Shown here in pieces: positions 60,656 through 64,000 of a stretch of DNA of 64,000 nucleotides; positions within the stretch are counted from its first letter, which is position 1; each line of letters opens with the position of its first letter. Made by a program: the position numbers and the translations under genes. The notes below the pieces were generated by a model. The model saw only the letters and a program-made list of their open reading frames with translations, was not told the DNA's origin and ran no database searches. The DNA is from Somniosus microcephalus (lineage: Eukaryota): the NCBI GenBank assembly GCA_052327205.1, contig CM126223.1, forward strand, positions 37,386,001-37,450,000, in the 5' to 3' direction.

Positions 60656-63344
60656 GGAGTCTGGAAAATACATACAAACACAATAAAGAAGGCGTAAACC
60701 GGGCAGTGAATAACCTAAATAATATTTTTGATCATTTGGCATCAATGTCAAACTTGAAAGTTCGCAAGAACAAACCCAAAACAAAAAACTACGAAAAATG
60801 GTTTGACTCCGATTGCCAGAACATGAGGAAAAAAACTCAGAAAAATATCAAACCAAAAACATGGACAACCAGAAAACGAGGAATTACGCCTTACTTATTG
60901 TCAGGCACTAACACAATACAAAAACACACTCAGAACCAAGAAAGAGCAGTATATTAAGAATACACTCATCTCCATTGAGGAATCCATTGATTCCAATTGT
61001 TTCTGGGACAACTGGAATACATTACACAAAAAACAACACAACGAATTGGCCATTCAAAATGGAGACACATGGGAAAACCATTTTGAAAAATTATACCAGA
61101 AAAACACACTAAGCCCAGAGCAATACCAAATATGCGAAAAACTGGCAAAGCTAGAATTTGCCATAAAAGATAACCAAAACCCGATAGACCCCATAATATC
61201 TGAAAAAGAGCTAATTGAAAAACTCAAGGACCTGCGACCAGGAAAAGCTTGCGGTGCAGACGGCATCCTAAGCGAGATGATTAAACACACGGACGATAAA
61301 ATGAAATTGGCTGTACTGAAACTCTTCAACTTGGTTCTGAGTGTCGGTTACTTCCCTGACATCTGGAACAAAGGACTCATAACGCCCATATACAAAAGTG
61401 GGGACAAAGTTGACCCAAATAACTATCGAGGCATCTGTGTAAACAGTAACCTGGGGAAGGTTTTCTGTAGTATCATAAAAAAAGACATAAACTTCCTTGA
61501 GGAGCACAATGTCTTGAGTAAAAGCCAAATTGGATTCCTACCAAACTATAGAACATCAGATCATATCTTCACCCTACAGACCCTAATTGACAAACATGTT
61601 CATCAAAACAAAAGCAAAATTTTTGCCTGCTTTATAGATTTCCAGAAGGCTTTCGATTCCATCTGGCACGACGGTCTATTCTTGAAACTTATTGAAAGTG
61701 GTGTAGGGGGAAAAACATATGATGCAATTAAATCAATGTATACAAACAATAAATGTGCAGTTAAAATTGGAGACAAACAAACAAAATACTTCCCACAGGG
61801 GTGTGGTGTGACGCAGGGCTCGCCCATCTCACTGACACTCTTTAATATTTACATAAATGAGTTGGCAAAACTACATGAACAATCTACAGCACCCAGCCTC
61901 ACCCTATCTGAATCCAAGGTTAAATTCCTCCTCTATGCAGATGACCTGGTTCTGCTGTCACCAACTAAGGAGGGTCTACAGCAGAACCTGGATCTGCTGG
62001 AGTCATTCTGTCAGACCTGGGCCCTGACAATAAACCCCCAAAAAACCAAAGTCCTTGTGTTCCAACAAAGATCCAGACATCAGGGACCCAGAATAAATTT
62101 CACACTAGGAACAACTAAAATTGAACAAACCACTAACTACACATACTTAGGCTTAAAAATCAGCTCTACGGGAAATTTTCATCTGGCTGTGAATGAACTG
62201 AAAGAGAAAGCTAGAAGGGCTTTCTATGCCATTAAAAGATCAATCCAAATAGAAATCCCAATTAGCATTTGGCTCAAAATTTTTAAATCAGTAATTGAAC
62301 CAATTGCACTCTATGGCAGTGAGGTGTGGGGACCGCTAACACAACAAGAATTTGCAAAATGGGACAAACACCCAATTGAGATCCTACATGCAGAATTCTG
62401 TAAAAGTATCCTCCAGACTCAAAGGAAAACCATAAACAATGCATGCAGGGCAGAACTAGGCCAATATCTATTAATAATTACTATCCAAAAAAGAGCCACC
62501 AAATTTTGGAAACACCTAAAAATGAGCAACCCCCACTGCTATCATTACGAAGCCTTGAAATGCCAAGAGAGGACCATAAAGAAGAATACCCTCAGTCAAC
62601 TAGTCCTGGGACTCAGTGAAGCAACCACTAACACTACTAACAATAACCAGCCCCAGGACAGTGACATCGTAGCACAGAGAATTCGACCCAACACAATTGT
62701 CACTAAGCAAAAGGAAAAATACCTGTCATATTGGGCAGAAACAACAAAAACCCAAAACAAACTCAATTGCTACTTGGCCCTAAACAGACAATACAACATG
62801 GCTGAATACCTGACCATGGTAAAGGATAGCAAACTGAGAAAAACCTTGACAAGGTACAGACTTAGTGAACATAGCCTGGCGATCGAAAAAGGCAGACACA
62901 GACAGACCCGGCTGCCAAGAGAGGACAGGATATGCTCTCACTGCAGTCAGGGAGTGGTGGAGACAGAGATGCACTTCCTCGCAGCTTGTGGAAAATATCA
63001 GGGCATCAGGGAGAATTTCTACCAAAAATTCACACAAATATGCCCTGAATTCAGAAATTTGAATGACGACCAAAATCTCCCATACCTACTAGGGGAACAG
63101 AGAAACTGTGTAACCTTAGCGGCACACTATGTTACAGCTTGCCATAAACAGAGGGACAACCAGTAAACCTAAGAAAAGAGTATATACAAATTATACGAAT
63201 GTATATTTATACACTCAGGGATATATCTGTTTATAAACTGTATGAATAGATCTGCGTTTATGTGTTCAACCATAAATGTTTTTCGATGCTTTGGCAACAT
63301 AAGATGTACCTTATCATGCCAATAAAGCGATTTGAATTGAATTG
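60656..63344 (+). mobile_element. RTE-X-like LINE, 5'-truncated
   Basis: A-rich body; RT plus C-terminal Cys-His motif; 3' end AATAAAG...TTGAATTGAATTG. Confidence 0.8.
61046..63166 (+). CDS. LINE reverse transcriptase with C-terminal CCHC motif (706-aa open frame, no endonuclease)
   Basis: NNYRGI, DFQKAFDS, QGSPIS, LLYADD, YTYLG, CSHC...ETEMHFLAAC. Confidence 0.88.
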   Translation: MAIQNGDTWENHFEKLYQKNTLSPEQYQICEKLAKLEFAIKDNQNPIDPIISEKELIEKLKDLRPGKACGADGILSEMIKHTDDKMKLAVLKLFNLVLSVGYFPDIWNKGLITPIYKSGDKVDPNNYRGICVNSNLGKVFCSIIKKDINFLEEHNVLSKSQIGFLPNYRTSDHIFTLQTLIDKHVHQNKSKIFACFIDFQKAFDSIWHDGLFLKLIESGVGGKTYDAIKSMYTNNKCAVKIGDKQTKYFPQGCGVTQGSPISLTLFNIYINELAKLHEQSTAPSLTLSESKVKFLLYADDLVLLSPTKEGLQQNLDLLESFCQTWALTINPQKTKVLVFQQRSRHQGPRINFTLGTTKIEQTTNYTYLGLKISSTGNFHLAVNELKEKARRAFYAIKRSIQIEIPISIWLKIFKSVIEPIALYGSEVWGPLTQQEFAKWDKHPIEILHAEFCKSILQTQRKTINNACRAELGQYLLIITIQKRATKFWKHLKMSNPHCYHYEALKCQERTIKKNTLSQLVLGLSEATTNTTNNNQPQDSDIVAQRIRPNTIVTKQKEKYLSYWAETTKTQNKLNCYLALNRQYNMAEYLTMVKDSKLRKTLTRYRLSEHSLAIEKGRHRQTRLPREDRICSHCSQGVVETEMHFLAACGKYQGIRENFYQKFTQICPEFRNLNDDQNLPYLLGEQRNCVTLAAHYVTACHKQRDNQ

Positions 63345-63469
63345 CACGCACAAGTACCAGTGTTTGCTGACAACACAAATGTTAAAAACCTGTCGTAAGT
63401 TTGAAGATGCGACCCCTCGGTGGTACAACTGTGCCAACAGAACAGAGTATGCATTCAACATTATATTTT

Positions 63470-64000
63470 AAGAACATAAGAAATAGGAGCAGGAGTAGGC
63501 CATTCGGCCCTTCGAGCCTGCTCCGCCATTCAATGAGATCATGGCTGATCTTCTGCCTCAACTCCATTCACCGGCCCTATCGCCATATCCCTTGATGCCC
63601 TTACTAGTCAGAAATCTATCGACTTCTGTTTTGAATATACCCAATGACTGAGCCTCCACAGCCCTCTGGGGTAGAGAATTCCAAAGATTCATCACCCTCT
63701 GTGTGAAGAAATTTCTTCTCATCTCAGTCCTGAATGGCCTACCCTTTATCCTGAGGCTGTGGCCCCTGGTTCTAGGCTCCCCAGCCAAGGGAAACATTCT
63801 CCCAGCATCCATCCTATCAAGCCCTGTAATAATTTTGTATGCTTCAATGAGATCCCCTCTCATTCTTCTGAATTTAAGAGAATACAGGCCTAGTTTACTC
63901 AAGCTCTTCTCATACGACAGTCCCGCCATCCCAGGAATCAATCTCGTGAACCTTCGTTGCACTCCCTCTATGGCAAATATATCCTTCCTTAGGTAAGGAG
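63470..64000 (-). mobile_element. CR1 LINE 3' end, continues beyond the window
   Basis: ORF 63558-63962 is the CR1 ORF2 C-terminus; tail on plus strand taagaacataagaaatagg. Confidence 0.93.

Overview
Eukaryotic, gene-poor, transposon-dense vertebrate DNA. The repeat repertoire (HER1-type CR1 LINEs, Deu-domain SINEs, a Penelope-like element) points to a cartilaginous fish such as a shark; this is inference, not a database result. No host protein-coding gene could be recognised. The window holds two Mag-like Gypsy LTR elements (one full length, one cut by the window edge), one young full-length BEL/Pao element, several CR1 copies, an RTE LINE, an RTE-X-like LINE with a 706-aa open RT ORF, an L2 fragment, a decayed L1/Tx1-like LINE, a Penelope-like element with a minimal hammerhead ribozyme, a fossil autonomous PIF/Harbinger element, several Harbinger-type MITEs and a hAT MITE. 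The most unusual structures are: three blocks of a 26-bp hairpin-forming minisatellite interleaved with two head-to-head CR1 copies, one fused to the array with its stop codon and tail lost; two inverted MITEs bracketing most of an RTE RT region; a near-perfect 241-bp inverted duplication; and a Gypsy whose two LTRs both start with TA instead of TG. Coordinates of decayed elements are approximate.
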